From Camelus dromedarius (taxonomy: Eukaryota): a stretch of DNA of 64,000 nt. The translations under genes and the position numbers were made by a program. The stretch is from assembly GCF_036321535.1 (NCBI RefSeq), contig NC_087436.1:71364001-71428000 (forward strand). Direction: 5' to 3'. Under the pieces are notes generated by a model. The model did not search any database, was not told the origin of the DNA, and saw only the letters and a list, made by a program, of their open reading frames with translations. Shown here one piece after another: positions 11,399 through 24,363 of the stretch; the stretch's first letter is position 1, and each line of letters opens with the position of its first letter.

Positions 11399-14186
11399 AA
11401 TAGTACTGAATTCATAGGCTTGTTATAAAATTAAACAGCCTGATCCAAAGTGCTTAACACAGTATTCAGCACATAGTAAGCACTCAATAAATGTTAGATA
11501 TTAATATTACTCTGTTATTCTCTCTAAATAGTCTCAACTATCTCATCATTACTTCAGGATAAAATAGATTCAGAAAATTAATATCTTTATTTCCATGTTG
11601 GACCCGAAAACTGCTTGTAAGACCGTCTGCTAATCAAACCCCCTCTCTTTGCACTTAAGAAACTGAAACTCAAAGTTAGGTAATTTAACCCAAGTCAAAA
11701 CTTAACTTCGTCATTTAAGGCCCTCTGCGTCTGGTCTCTAATTGCGTTTTGACATCATCTCCCATGTTACCTATGGAAACATTTTAAAGTGCTCACTAGA
11801 CCCAACTTACCACCCCTGCCTTTAGAGCCCCTTCTACTGCATCAACGGCGGCAAGGCCTGCTGCTTTCTCTCCATCTCTGCAAATCCAACCTGGCTCTCA
11901 TGGTCTTTCTCAAGCCCCATCTTTTCCAAGAAACCTCCCCTGCTAACTTGTCTAGAGTACAGACCCCCTGGTCCAAGCTTCCTAACTCCCGCGGCTGTGT
12001 ACTGTCTGCATCAAAGTTATAAAAATCCCTATAGGTGAAAAGTTACAGGCTCACCTCTTGTCCTTTCAGCGATTTTAAGCTCGTTGGGGCAGAGGTATGA
12101 TCTTAAATGTGTTCAAATGTCCCCAGTGGACATCAGTCTTTGGGGAAAAAGAGAAATCAATGGCTATTTTTGGAAGTGGGGATTCTCAGGAGGGAGTGGG
12201 CTCACAGTAGGACCCTGCGGCCTAGCTTGGAGATCACCGTAACTCCTTCATGCATTCAGCCACATGTGCTCACAACTGAGGACAGGCAGCTGGGGATGCT
12301 TTACATTGTAGAATGCTACACAAATGTCCCCTAGAGGAGACTAGATGTCCCCTGCACATTACAAAGACCACATGATAGAATAGTAAGAGAAGTCTCCAGT
12401 AGTACAGTCAACACTGCTAGGACCCGGAGGGCTGTGGTGCAAAGTTCCCGTGTATCACAGCAATTTTTAGCTGATCTGATTAAGAGCAAAGACACCCCAG
12501 GCATACAGACTATTGGAATACTTGTGATTGATGCAATGCAACTTTAGTTCCCAAGCAAGAAAGGAAATGGGGTACGATGTACAATGGTTGAACACTAAAG
12601 GTCTGGAGTCAAAAAGCACTGTGTTTGAATTCTGGTTTCAAGCTGGTATGAGCAATCCTGTTAGCATCCTGTGAGCAAACTATGAAAAGCAAGGCTCAGA
12701 AAGGTTACCTGTAAAACAGGAGTAAGAGATAAGGTATATAAAGGGCTTGGTCAACCTAATAACATTTCACTAAATGAAAAATTAGGTGGTGTTATTATCA
12801 CCATCACCATAATCATCTACCTCGAGCCATAGAAGGAAGTCAATATCAGATTCCTTCTGTATCCCAGCACCTCTCAGGCCTCTCCTCACTCCATTCCCAC
12901 CCAAACCCAGTGTCTCTGCTGGCTAGAAGGGATCTTAAGCTCTATGTCAACAGAGGGCCTGAAGTCTCAGCTGGCTGTAAGAACTCATGCTCCATTCCCC
13001 AACCCAGAGACTGGGATTCTCTCCCATGAATTGGCTGATTGCCCTACTATAGAGAAAGTCACACAGGCAATTTCCTTTATCAGGTATAAATTCTCAGTAT
13101 GCAACAATCTGGCCACAAGAATGAAATCAAATAAGCATTTTCAAGATCTGCTAAAGAAGTAGCTCCAACAACAACATTTCCAAATCCTGAGCCGAGGGAA
13201 AGAGAATGACTTTCATCAGAAATGACAGGAGCCAGCTGCTCCAGGAAAGATGTGAGCGGGGTGAAGAGTGGACGTTAAAGAGGACATCACATGCCAAAGC
13301 GCTCACCAAGGCTGTAAACACTAACAGAGAAAGGGACACATCTTCTCTCCAAGGCAATTAAAAATTAATCGCGACACATGCTGAAATTCTGAACCCAGCC
13401 AAATTCTTTTTTCCTCACTTCATCTCCTCCAGGCTCTTATCACCACAAGGCAAAGAAACTCTTTGATGTCTTTTATTTTAGTTGCAAATCTATTTTCATA
13501 GCTATTGGGGGATTGCGGGAGGAGATGCTTTTTTTTCCCCCCACTCATTATTAAGAAAGAACAAATAGTTGTGAACTTAAAAATTCTTCTCATTTTTTTT
13601 AATCTGGATTTTTCATAAATATTTGTTGCAATTGCACAATGTTTATGTTCAAGAGAGTCATTTAGGAAAGAACAGCACATTCTCTAGCATTCCAGAACAT
13701 GAAATCAGGTAAGAGGAGATCTTTTAAGAAAAGAAAATAAAAACTGTTTTAAAGAAAAATATCCAAGTATTTACTTTCTTTGCTACATCTTAAAATGATT
13801 AAATAATCAATAACAGGATAACAAGCAGAGGAGATTTATTTTCTTTTTAATGAGGCCCAAATGCCAAATAACATTCCAATCTTAGTTTTAAAAGAAGCAC
13901 TTCTACTGGTTATATTTATCAGCATTGGAAATTTTACACATGCAAGAAAAATATTAAGACATTCTAAAAATTAATATTTTTCACACATCTTAAAATTTTT
14001 TAATGGATAATACTTTTAAAGGCTATTATTGAGCCTAGAATTTAAAGCCAGGAAAATTAGCATTTGTACTCAGGGCCAAAGGCAGGAGAAAATATGACAG
14101 ATAAGAAATGTGGATATAATTTTTAAAGGTTTTCACCAAAAATTTACTTGTAGTAATTATATTTTCCAGATCTAAAATAGTCTAGT

Positions 14187-14334
14187 GGGGGAGGGTAAAC
14201 CTCAGTGGTAGAGTGTATGCTTAGCATGCCTGAGGTCCTGGGTTCAATCTCTTCTACCATCATTTAAAAAAAAAATTTTAAAAAAAACCTAATTACCACT
14301 CCCTCCAAAAAAAAACTCCAAAATCATAATTTAA
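14187..14334 (+). mobile_element. tRNA-derived SINE, camelid Vic-1-like
   Basis: ggggagggtaaacctcagtggtagag (A box), gggttcaatc (B box) and an A-rich tail containing cctaattacc. TSD aaaatagtct at 14174-14183 and 14335-14344. Confidence 0.85.
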
Positions 14335-14395
14335 AAAATAGTCTGGATCATGGTTTGACAAAAATATGAGAAACTAGGACAGTCCACTAGGCCAC

Positions 14396-14856
14396 TGTAT
14401 TAGTCTCCTACTGCTGCTGTAACAAACTGCCACACACCTGACGACCTAAAACAATGCGAATATACTATCCTATAGTTCTGGAGTTCAGAAGTCTGAAACA
14501 GGTTGCACAGGGCTAAAATCAAAGTGTCAGTGGGCTGCATTTCTTTTGTAAATGCTAAAAGTGATCTGTCCCCTTGCCTTTTTCAACACCCAGAGGCCAC
14601 CTGCACTCCCAGGCTCATGGCTCCCTCCTTCCATCTTCAAAGCTAGTGACATCCAATCAAGTCTCTCTTTCACCACCCTCTTCCATTTATAAGGATGCCC
14701 CAATGGATAATCCAGGATAATCTCCCTATTTTAGAGTCAACTGATCAGCAACCTAATTCCATCTGAAAACTTAATTCCTCTCTGCCATGTAACATATAAA
14801 CAGGTTCCAGGGATTCAGACATGGATATCTTGGGGGCCATTCTTCTACCTGCCACA
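14396..14856 (-). mobile_element. MaLR solo LTR (MLT1C/D-like)
   Basis: tgtattagtctcctactgctgctgtaacaaa...gggggccattcttctacctgccaca with TG...CA ends and a 5-bp TSD gccac/gcctc (4/5). Confidence 0.85.
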
Positions 14857-14989
14857 GCCTCCAGGTCCCATGCAATGTGCTGGAAGTCCTCACAGCTGTG
14901 GCCTTAATGCACATGAGTGCTTCCCAGCATTCATCCCTCCTTTTTCTTTTAACTGAACCTCAAATTTCCCTCCAGTTAACCACCCCACA

Positions 14990-15479
14990 CTCCACTTTGA
15001 GTCGCTGTAAATCAAGAGTGAAACATCTCAATCCCGGCTAATCAGAGCACTGCATCCCCTGAGCACAGTGAACAGTTCAAGGATAAGCTCATGACTTGAG
15101 CTGCGTAGCCAGTAAAAGACCTACCTGGATCTATTACTGCACTGCCAAAACAGAAGAGTTCTGTCTAGTGGGGAGAAAAGTAGACTGATAGCCTAGAGTT
15201 GCTGGTGACGCCTTTGCCACAACTAGGACAGTCACAATCTTATCCTGACAGAGAGAAGAAAAGCCAACACAGAGGAAAAATGAGAAAGTAAGAAAGAGGG
15301 AAGGGAAAAAGGGAGGGACAGAGGAAGGGGAGTGGGGAGAGAGAGAGACTGATTTCTGACATTATTTGAGCCCTAGATTCAGCTATACCTGACTTTGATT
15401 ACCTGATCAATTTTGTTTTCCTTAACCACTGTCAACTGGGTTCCTGTTATTTGCATCCAAAGGAGTCATGATTAATACA
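14990..15479 (+). mobile_element. Old MaLR LTR relic (MLT1J/K/L-like)
   Basis: MLT1-type 3' end: gagccctagattcagctatacctga...gttatttgcatccaaaggagtcatgattaataca. The 5' boundary is approximate. Confidence 0.6.
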
Positions 15480-15974
15480 GGAACTTTCTCTTAGTGAAAT
15501 AGAAAGAAGGAATTTCAATAAATAAGGTGAAATGAAAAAAGAAATAAGGTGAAATGAAAAATGGAATACACAAGATATAGTTGGTGTATCCATATGGAAT
15601 AACTGCTTTTGCACTATTCCTTATTCAACTCCTCCCCCTACTGCTATATTCCAATAAATTAAGCAACACTAAAATGAGATACCAACATGAAGATAATACA
15701 TGAAAATAGAACTCTTAAAGAGCTGTCACATGGTGAGCTGAGTGTCTGGAGAGCTTACAAGTCCATGACACACTAAATCCATTCCTGGAAAGCCCTGGTG
15801 GCAGGCAGACCTATCAGAAATGTAGGGACTGGAACGAGGTAGCTTTCCTTGAATATAAGTGTTTTTTTAAAAAGCATATACTAAGACATACTAATAATAA
15901 TAACTATCATTCCAGCTTGCTTACCATGTGCCAGCATTTTATGAACCCTTTAAAACACTATGAAGTAAGCAGTA

Positions 15975-16769
15975 CTTCAGTAAGAACAGAATGGCCATCA
16001 TCAAAAAGTCTCTAAATGATAAATACTGGAGAGGGTGAGGAGAAAAGGGAACACTTCTACACTGCTGGTGGGAATGTAAACTGGTGCAGCCACTGTGGAA
16101 AACAGTATGGAGTTTCCTTAAAAAACTAAAAATAGAGTTACTGTATGATCCAGTAATCCCACTCTTGGGCATATATCCGGAGGGAGCTCTAATTCAAAAA
16201 GACACCCGACCCCAATGTCCCTAGCAGCACTATCTACAATAGCGCTGACATGAAAGCAACCTAAATGTCCATCGACAGATGACTGGATAAAGAAGATGTG
16301 TACGTATAGACAAAGGAATACTACTCAGCCATAAAAGAGAATGAAAAAATGCCATGTGCAGCAACATGGATGGATTTAGAGATTATCATACTAACTGAAG
16401 TAGGTCAGAGTGAGAAAGACAAATATCATATGATATATGTGGAATCTAATATGGAATCTTCCATGTGGAATCTAAAAAAATGATACAAATGAACTTATTT
16501 ACAAAACAAAAACAGACTCATAAACATATAAAATAAACTTACGGTTACCAAAGGGAAAAGAGGGGGATGAATTTTAAATTTGGGATTAACAGATACATAC
16601 TACTATATATACAATAGATAAACAACAAGGACCTACTGCACAGCACAGTGAACTATATTCAATATCTAGTAATAACCCATAATGGAAATGAATCTGAAAA
16701 AGAATGTCACTTTGTTGTACACCAGAAACACTGTAAATCAACTATACTTTAATTAAAAAATACTTCTTA
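15975..16769 (+). mobile_element. 5'-truncated L1 (decayed ORF2 C-terminus + 3' UTR) inserted into a MIR
   Basis: cagaatggccatcatcaaaaagtc...aactatactttaattaaaaaa. 23-nt TSD at 15952-15974 and 16770-16792 (2 mismatches). The flanks rejoin as a MIR-like sequence. Confidence 0.9.
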
Positions 16770-19700
16770 AAAACCCTATGAAGTAAGTAGTAGTAATATG
16801 CCTATGCTACATACGAGAAAATGATGCTTTGAGAGGTTAAGTTCATCAGCCAGAAAAGTGGTAGAGTCAGGATTTTAAACCACACAGTGAGCAGAGTTGT
16901 GCCCCTGACCATCTGATGGAGAAGAGGCAATGAACAATAATAGGTCCTCTAATGCATGTACTGGCTAGAGTTTAGATTAACAAATGGACTCTACCTGCAA
17001 AAAAGAGAGGTTTTCATACATATAAGAAGGAGAACTCAAACTCATGTAAGTAATTATTTCAATCATTCTTTCTGCTTTTATTTGTGTGCATTAGTACATA
17101 TAAAACTACATGTACTAAACAGGAAGAAAAATTGTAGGAAATGTAATTTACTATTAAAGTATCTGAAGAGTCATGTATTTAATCCTATTTTGCTTTCTAT
17201 AAGTTTCCTAAATACTATTTTTATCAGTCATTTCAAGAACAAGACAGACTGTTTCACGCTGCTCATAACTTAACTCTAAATTCCACTAAGATTCATCATG
17301 ATGAATTTGTGGCCCTCATTTTTATAAACAAGAGACTGACATTTTACCACAAAATCTCTCCTACAGATTTACAGTTAGTCAGCAAAGTCATGTAAACGTA
17401 CTCGGAAAATTGGGGTAGATCAATTACACGTGGGCACCGAGATTCCTAAGCTAGAAGGCTCTTCCCACGCTTTCTGATCCATTCTAAAGAATACACAACT
17501 CTCAAATTCTGTCCACGAGGTAGATAAATCTTCTTACAGTCCCGATAAAAAAACAAAACATTTTAATAATATAATTGTTCATACTTTGAGGTACTTGATA
17601 ACTAGAAACATGATTAATTCATGGCAACTTTCAGAGACTGCATAACCAAATATTTTAAAATTATGTTCAAATGTCAAGAAGAACAGAGCCAAATTAAAAT
17701 GTTTAAAATCAACACTTTCCTATATTGCTAAGGTCACAGGACCTCAGATCATACAAACTTCTTCAAAAGTTATTTGTCAAAATGTAGCATGCTAATGTGG
17801 TTTTACTCAGGAATCAACTTCTAGGGCTCTCTCTGAAAGCGGTCATTTGAAAAAGGCAATAATCTACTTACAACATCATGTGGCACTGTTCACTATCATG
17901 AGAAAATGGAAAATAATTACATAAATTAAGGGCTATTAGTATGATGGGATGAAAATGATGTTTACAAGGAGTTTGTAATGATATGGAAAATTATACTAAA
18001 ATATTAAACAAAACAAAAACAGGTATACCAAAAATCGCCCACAATCTGTGTATTAAAAGAAGACTGACTAGAATATGCTAAATTATAACAACAGTTTGAT
18101 ATTTGTGATGATTGTCAAAAATCTGGGGAATACAGAAAAAGAAGATAATTACAATGGCCACATATAAAGCATCTACAATCAGAACAAAAGCTGATTAATT
18201 AAAAAGAATAATTCAGCAACTTATAACAATAGAAGTAGCACAGCTTAGAAATAAATGCTGATCTCTATCTAAGGAAGTCTAAGGAGAGGGTTCCCAAAAT
18301 TCTTGTAATAGCAATCCTCTTTGAGGAAGCATTAAGGTTCCTTTTAAGTCTTCACTGTCGATATATCAAGTCAAAGTAGTATAACCAAGCCCTTCATACT
18401 GAAACCACTCATGATTTTAGCAGGCAATTTGGCATTGTCCCTAATGAATTTCCAAGGTAATCTAGGTTGGCTACACACAAGTGAACAATGCTTAAAGATA
18501 ACCATCCTGGAGACAGACGTGACCTTGGAGATTTCTTAATATTTCTGAGTAACATTATGCTGATTTGGTACAATGACAAAAGAAAACAAAAGTATGAGGA
18601 AGAAATATTTCAGCTAAACAGCAGTAAGTTGCTGGTGACAGGTAACGTGCTGCATTTAATAACATCTTCATCTAAAGCTCAAAGCATTTGACTTTAATCA
18701 TTCTGATGTTCAATAGAGGAGTGGGAGTTACGTCAGTAAAGTGTATGCTCTTTAGTTACAAGGAAGAGCAATGGCTTAGGTGGCTGAAATCAAAAATTTT
18801 ACAAAGGATCCCTTTACACCTCCTTTAAGACACTTTTTAGTATTGCTGCTGCAAACTGGATCGGCAGATGCCAGTCGTAGCTTATTTTACTTCCACTGAT
18901 GCCAGCAACAAGGCAAGTTATCCCAAACAGACTTTAGAGCAAAATTAGTGGACACTCCAAACCTTGCACATAATTCAATTCAATTTGCCAAACATTTATT
19001 GAGTACAACCACAAAAGTGTAAAAACTGATAAGCCTAGGTCCTTGGCTTTGTGGAGTGAGAAAAGATGTCACAAGAAGCCTTGATAACATTGAACAATTA
19101 ATTGTATAGCCATTGTTTCAATCCTCATTTTCCTGGGGACCAATTAAACCTGGAGAGGGACATAGAACAAGGGCATTTTAGGAAATTCAGAAATAGGCAA
19201 ATCCCAATATGATAATAACCTGCTTATTAGATCTATGCATTAAATAACAAATATCTGAGAAGTCACAAGGTACGAAGCTCTGTTTTATGTATGGGGATAG
19301 AGCAGTCCTCAAGACAAAGTCTTTGCTCTCTAGAGGTCTACACCAGTGGAAACACATACTCTGTGCCAAGGAGAAGGTACAGTGACCCACACTACACCTT
19401 GAAACCCAAACAAGTACCTGAAAATGATGAAAAATTGTTTCTCAGGAAACTGGATATTTGAGAGGACAAGATCAGCAACTTTGTTAAGAATAGAATGAAA
19501 TGGAATTAACAACTGGGAAACAAACAGGGCAGAGAAAGATGGGCATGCCCCAATTCCAAGAGTGCGAGGGGGAGAGGGAAGAGAGCTGAGCACCAGAGCC
19601 TCACAATTCTTCCTCTGATGATACTCAGGCAATCTCACAGCCGTGACTTTGAAACAAAAGGACTCAAAGAATTCTTTTCCAGATTCTCCAATTTCTACAG

Positions 19701-20209
19701 AACTATAATTATTTCCTAAGCCACATGTGTCACAGAACAAGCCTCCTTACCCAATGAGGTCTGCCAGCGAGCTGCCCACAATTACCCTCAGCATCTACCA
19801 AGGCCATATTCTGAGACAGAAATGAAAGAGCTCCTGAGATGCCACAGAAGTATGCTCCTGATCTTACAAAACACTTCTACACATACATACACAGTGCATA
19901 CACATTCACATGTGCACCTGTATGTATGTGTGTATGTGTATGTGCATACTTGTGGGTATATGTATATACTGTGTATGTATGTAGACATGGGTGTATGTGC
20001 GTATATATGGGTGGAGGTAGGTAGGTAGCTCCTCTCTGGTTGACAAAGGAGCGGCAAACTAGGTTACAGTTCAAAACCTATTTGCCCATTTTCCTGAGAG
20101 TGAATTATACTTTCCCACATACCAAGAGGGCATTTTTCCACTAGGTGGAAAAAGAAGGAAGAAGTCATATCCCATACTACACACTTCATGGTTCATATAT
20201 ATATATGTC

Positions 20210-20407
20210 TTTTTTATTGAAGTAGAGTCAGTTTACAATGTTGTGTCAATTTCTGGTGTATAGCGCAACGTTTCAGTCATACACACACAGACATACATTC
20301 ATTTTCATACTCTTTTTAATTATAGGTTACTACAAGATATTGAATATAGTTCCCTGTGCTATACAGAAGAAACTTGCTGTTTATCTATTTTTATATACAG
20401 TAGTTAG
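20210..20407 (-). mobile_element. L1 3' terminal fragment, sense to ADAMTS3
   Basis: ttttttattgaagtagagtcagtttacaatgttgtgtc...ttccctgtgctatacag is the reverse complement of an L1 3' UTR. Confidence 0.88.
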
Positions 20408-20415
20408 AATATGAG

Positions 20416-20421
<6 letters not shown>

Positions 20422-20460
<39 letters not shown>
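20422..20460. repeat. (TG)n microsatellite, ~19.5 units
   Basis: Uninterrupted TG run read directly. Confidence 0.97.
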
Positions 20461-20462
<2 letters not shown>

Positions 20463-22409
20463 TTTCTAACCTGCCCCCATCAGAGACTGCCTTCTCCCAC
20501 TTAAATAAAAGCCTTTCTAGTCTAGGGGGGTGAAGCAGATCAGATATATATTTTTAATTGGTTTCCTAAGCCAAATACTAAAAAAGTATGTATTGTGTTT
20601 CTAGTCTTTAAAAGCATTTACAGAATTGGCAGAATTAATCTATTCTGTTAGAAATCAAGTCATCCTTTGTGTGGGGCTAGTGCTAAGGAAGTGGCCCAAG
20701 CACTAGCGCTGTTCTTATGGACAGAGGTGCTGGTACCTACATGTGCTCCCTTCGTGAGGAATCAGCAAGGTGCCACTTACACACTCTATTCTGCAGGTGT
20801 ATTATATCTCAATAGAAAGTATTTGTTTTTAATTCAGCTTCCTAAAAACTTGTGGTTTGTTACTAATTCATATTTATCTCTTCCTGAGACAGTAAACTAT
20901 TCACAAATTATTTGGAAACATGGAATTTTCTCTAGCCAATTTATAGATCAATAAATATAAACTAATTAATTCCACAAACCTTATTAGTCTTTCCTAATTG
21001 TGTCACTGACCAAATAGCACCTCCAAGCAGATACATAAAACTGTTTTTAAATCAATTATGGGGAAAAATTAATTATATGTAGAGGAGTACATTTTACCAA
21101 ACCTCCAGGTTAGCAATCCCCTTATGCATGGGAACAGGGGAAAGAAATCTCATTACTGCACATAAAATTTTTGAAATGTATTTTAAAATTCCTCTTAAAA
21201 ACTACATAAATGTTATAACCCAAAGCCATATGATACAATTCTGCAATCACAAGACTGAGGAGTCAAGTCTATTTTTATCTTTATTTCTTCTCTCCACTCA
21301 ACTTGAAAATGGTAAATAGAAATGATAATAATAAAAAGGAGAAATCTCATAAAGCAGAGGAACTTGGGAACAAATAAACCTCCAGCAACACAATCTAATA
21401 GTACCATTACTCATCTCTTTCTCACCAAATTAAAGCGTACTTGTACTACTTTCTTCCCTGAAGAAAAGAGCTACTAAAGTAGTTATATGAGCAAAAAGAC
21501 TGGACCAAAGTCTAACCCTGGGCCTTTCACATATGAGCTTGCTAATTCCATCTGAAAATTTAATCAAAGCAATCTATTTTATTCCTTGTAGAATATGTAA
21601 TCTTAAATTAGCTTTTTAATTTATATATCAAAACATTGGACCTTTAAGTAATCAAATGTTTGAGAAATAAAAAGTAAGACAGCTTTGTTTTCTCTATTTG
21701 AAGACTGGTAAAAAAAAAATTCTTCTTTCAAAAGATACATATTGATGGCTGAATGCTAGCAACTACAAACGACAAATGTGTCTTCACAGACACTATCTTC
21801 TCAGTGCAGTTCTCAGTCAGTCTCCTCCCCTTCATCCTGCTCCTCCTGCAGAGGTCTAGGTTTGGGAAGGAGCTCTAACAACGCTAAGCACTGAGTAGGA
21901 AGGGAGCGTTCTGACATAGGATGATACACACCTGCATACAGATATCTCTGGGCCTGGATCTTGGGGTCCCTTCATTAGTTTACAAGTGTGGAATCCCCCC
22001 AGCTCTCCACTATGCACTACAGCAGGTTGCTGTCTGACCTCTCAAGCTTCATTTCCTTCAAATCTAAACTAGGCACAATGTGTCCCCCCCCAGCACAGAG
22101 GGGAGAATTAGGTGACACAAGGCACATAAAGCCACTAGCACTGTGCCTGCCATGTAGCACACAGGCAGTGACTTATAACTGTGTCTGCAGTAATGAAAAC
22201 TTTTCGTCTAAAGGATGACTTTACAAAATCACTTGACAAATACACAATTTACAGAGATTAATACTCTGCCAAAAAGAAAACTATCTTTTAAGGTAACCCA
22301 AGTTAAATGTGTGTATAAAAAGACTTTGAATGGAGTCTGGCTTCCTGCCAGATGACTTTTAGTCTTTGAATTCAGAACAAATATATTATTATAAACAGAT
22401 TTTAAAAAG

Positions 22410-22570
22410 ACCATGGACTTTGGAGTGACATGTTACAAGTCACACTCTGAGCCTCAGTCTCCTCACCCATAAAATGGGAATAATTCCCATATCATCAAGT
22501 AATACTGAGGTTTTAGATGTTATTTGCAGAAGGCCTACCAGAATCTTATACATCAGTAGATAATTATTTT
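22410..22570 (+). mobile_element. MIR SINE relic
   Basis: ctctgagcctcagtctcctcacccataaaatgggaataat MIR core. Confidence 0.75.
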
Positions 22571-23050
22571 AAAGCAGATGGCACAAGAGAAGTCATCAGA
22601 GGGATTACTCAAAGCTGGAAAAATTTAAGAGAAAACTTTCCATTCTCTGTACTTCATTTTCCCCTTCTTTGTAGCATTCTTACACTTTGTTTCTCTTCTA
22701 ATCAGATGTGCTCCTCATGCTATACAAGTTGATTTAATTTGCTTTATCTTGGTATCTTCTTCCAGCCCCTCCATCACCCTCCAAGTACCTACCAGTGGCT
22801 TGTCCAAAGACAGCAATAAATTGACACCTGAAAAGTCCAACTGCAGGAGAATTTTTACATCACTACAATTCAGCCTGAGGAAAGTGGGACCCTCCTCTGG
22901 AAATAGGAAGAGAAGAATAGAAAAGTTCCTAGACTACAAATTATTTCTTTAACTATCAATGGTAGAAATTTCAGAAACAGCATTTTGCTTAGCTTACTTC
23001 ATTCCCTACTTTCTACTAAGGTAACAGTGACATCTGAGAACAAGGCTTAC

Positions 23051-23078
23051 CTATTTGCACCATTTCTTCATTACCAGC
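23051..23078 (-). CDS. ADAMTS3: ADAMTS3 coding exon 2 (28-nt microexon, AGNEEMVQI + first base of D)
   Basis: Minus strand reads cctcctttccag|GCTGGTAATGAAGAAATGGTGCAAATAG|gtaagc. It is phase 0 to phase 1 and joins exons 1 and 3 in frame. Confidence 0.95.
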
Positions 23079-24363
23079 CTGGAAAGGAGGGGGAAAAGTA
23101 AGAAAAAGAAACAGTTACTGGGTTTCATCTTATCACCTTGTGAGTTTTATTTCTACCATTAATGCTTTTCAGGAGCTGGCTAATCAGGAGGTGCTGGAGA
23201 CCGGGGTTGGTGTCTAAAGGCTGCACCTCCGCTTGTAGAAGGTTCTTGCGGCAGAAGCATGAACTAGTTCAATAACAATTTGGGACAGGGTGTTGTTTGC
23301 TCATTTCAATTTTAATTTAACATTCATGAAGCCAGCAAAAATAAATACTGACACTCAATATTCTCTTCTGAAAACTCCTCAGCGGTAGAATAGAAAGGCT
23401 CTGAATTTATACGTGCAAAAAGAAGTCTGATTTATCAGATTTGAAGTCAGAAATCAGCTCGACAATTTTATACTTTCTACCCTATGGTCGAACCAGGAGG
23501 ACCAGAGACGCTACCAAAACTCACAGAGAAATTCTGTACCCAAAGTCCCACCGGCCCTGCGCTGATGATTTACTACAAACGGCTCGGCTTGTCCCGCTGA
23601 GCCTTCTCAAGGACTCTTCTGAGAACATCGGGCTTCACCTTGAGTCTCCAAAGGGTGGGGGCTGGGCCGAAAAGAAACAGAGCTGCACTCAACTTAGCTT
23701 TAAAAAGAGGAGGAGTTGTGCAGAGGGGGAGGGGAGAAAAGCGGCCGGCGCCTCCAGCCTCTGCCCAGGAAAATGCAGGGCAGGAAACGTCCCCGGGCCC
23801 CCCTCCACAACTGTCAAACCCCAGCCCGGCCGCGGTCCTCCCAGGACACGTGTCTACTGGATCGCTCCCTGTCCGGCCCAAGGACTTCCTGAAACCCCCG
23901 CATCCGGCTGCCCGAAAAAGCTGTGAGTCAGTGAGGAGAGAAAGCCCCGCGAACCCGACTCCGGCTGCAGCAACCAGAGTACTGGGATCCTGGACCCAGC
24001 GTCCAGAACTTCATTCAAGCGCCCAGACCGCCCTCCGGAAAGGGGAAACCCAGATGGCCCGGCGAGGATGCGAATTGGCTGCAGTTTGTCACCAGGAATT
24101 GTTACGAATGCCGCAAAGTGAAGCCCTAGGTGTGACAAGCCTGGGCTCCCCGAGTGGGAGTCCTAACCTCCCGTGCAATTCAAACCCCCACCCCCAGAAA
24201 GCCCCGCACGCTGCACCCAGCCCTTGAAACACCGTTCGTGAATGCACAAGATAACAGGGAAGGATGGGAGGGGGAGGAGGAGAGAGAGGAGGGGAAAGAG
24301 GGGAGGAACTTTTTCGGGAAAAGGTTGGGTTTGAGTTTTTTATTGTTATTATTTTCCACTTAC

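Noticed and set aside
17291..17306. Perfect 16-bp palindrome attcatcatgatgaat
   Set aside because: About one such palindrome is expected by chance in 64 kb, and there is no supporting context.
19788..20074. Four overlapping ORFs rich in Y/T/H/C/V
   Set aside because: They are translations of the alternating purine-pyrimidine low-complexity tract.
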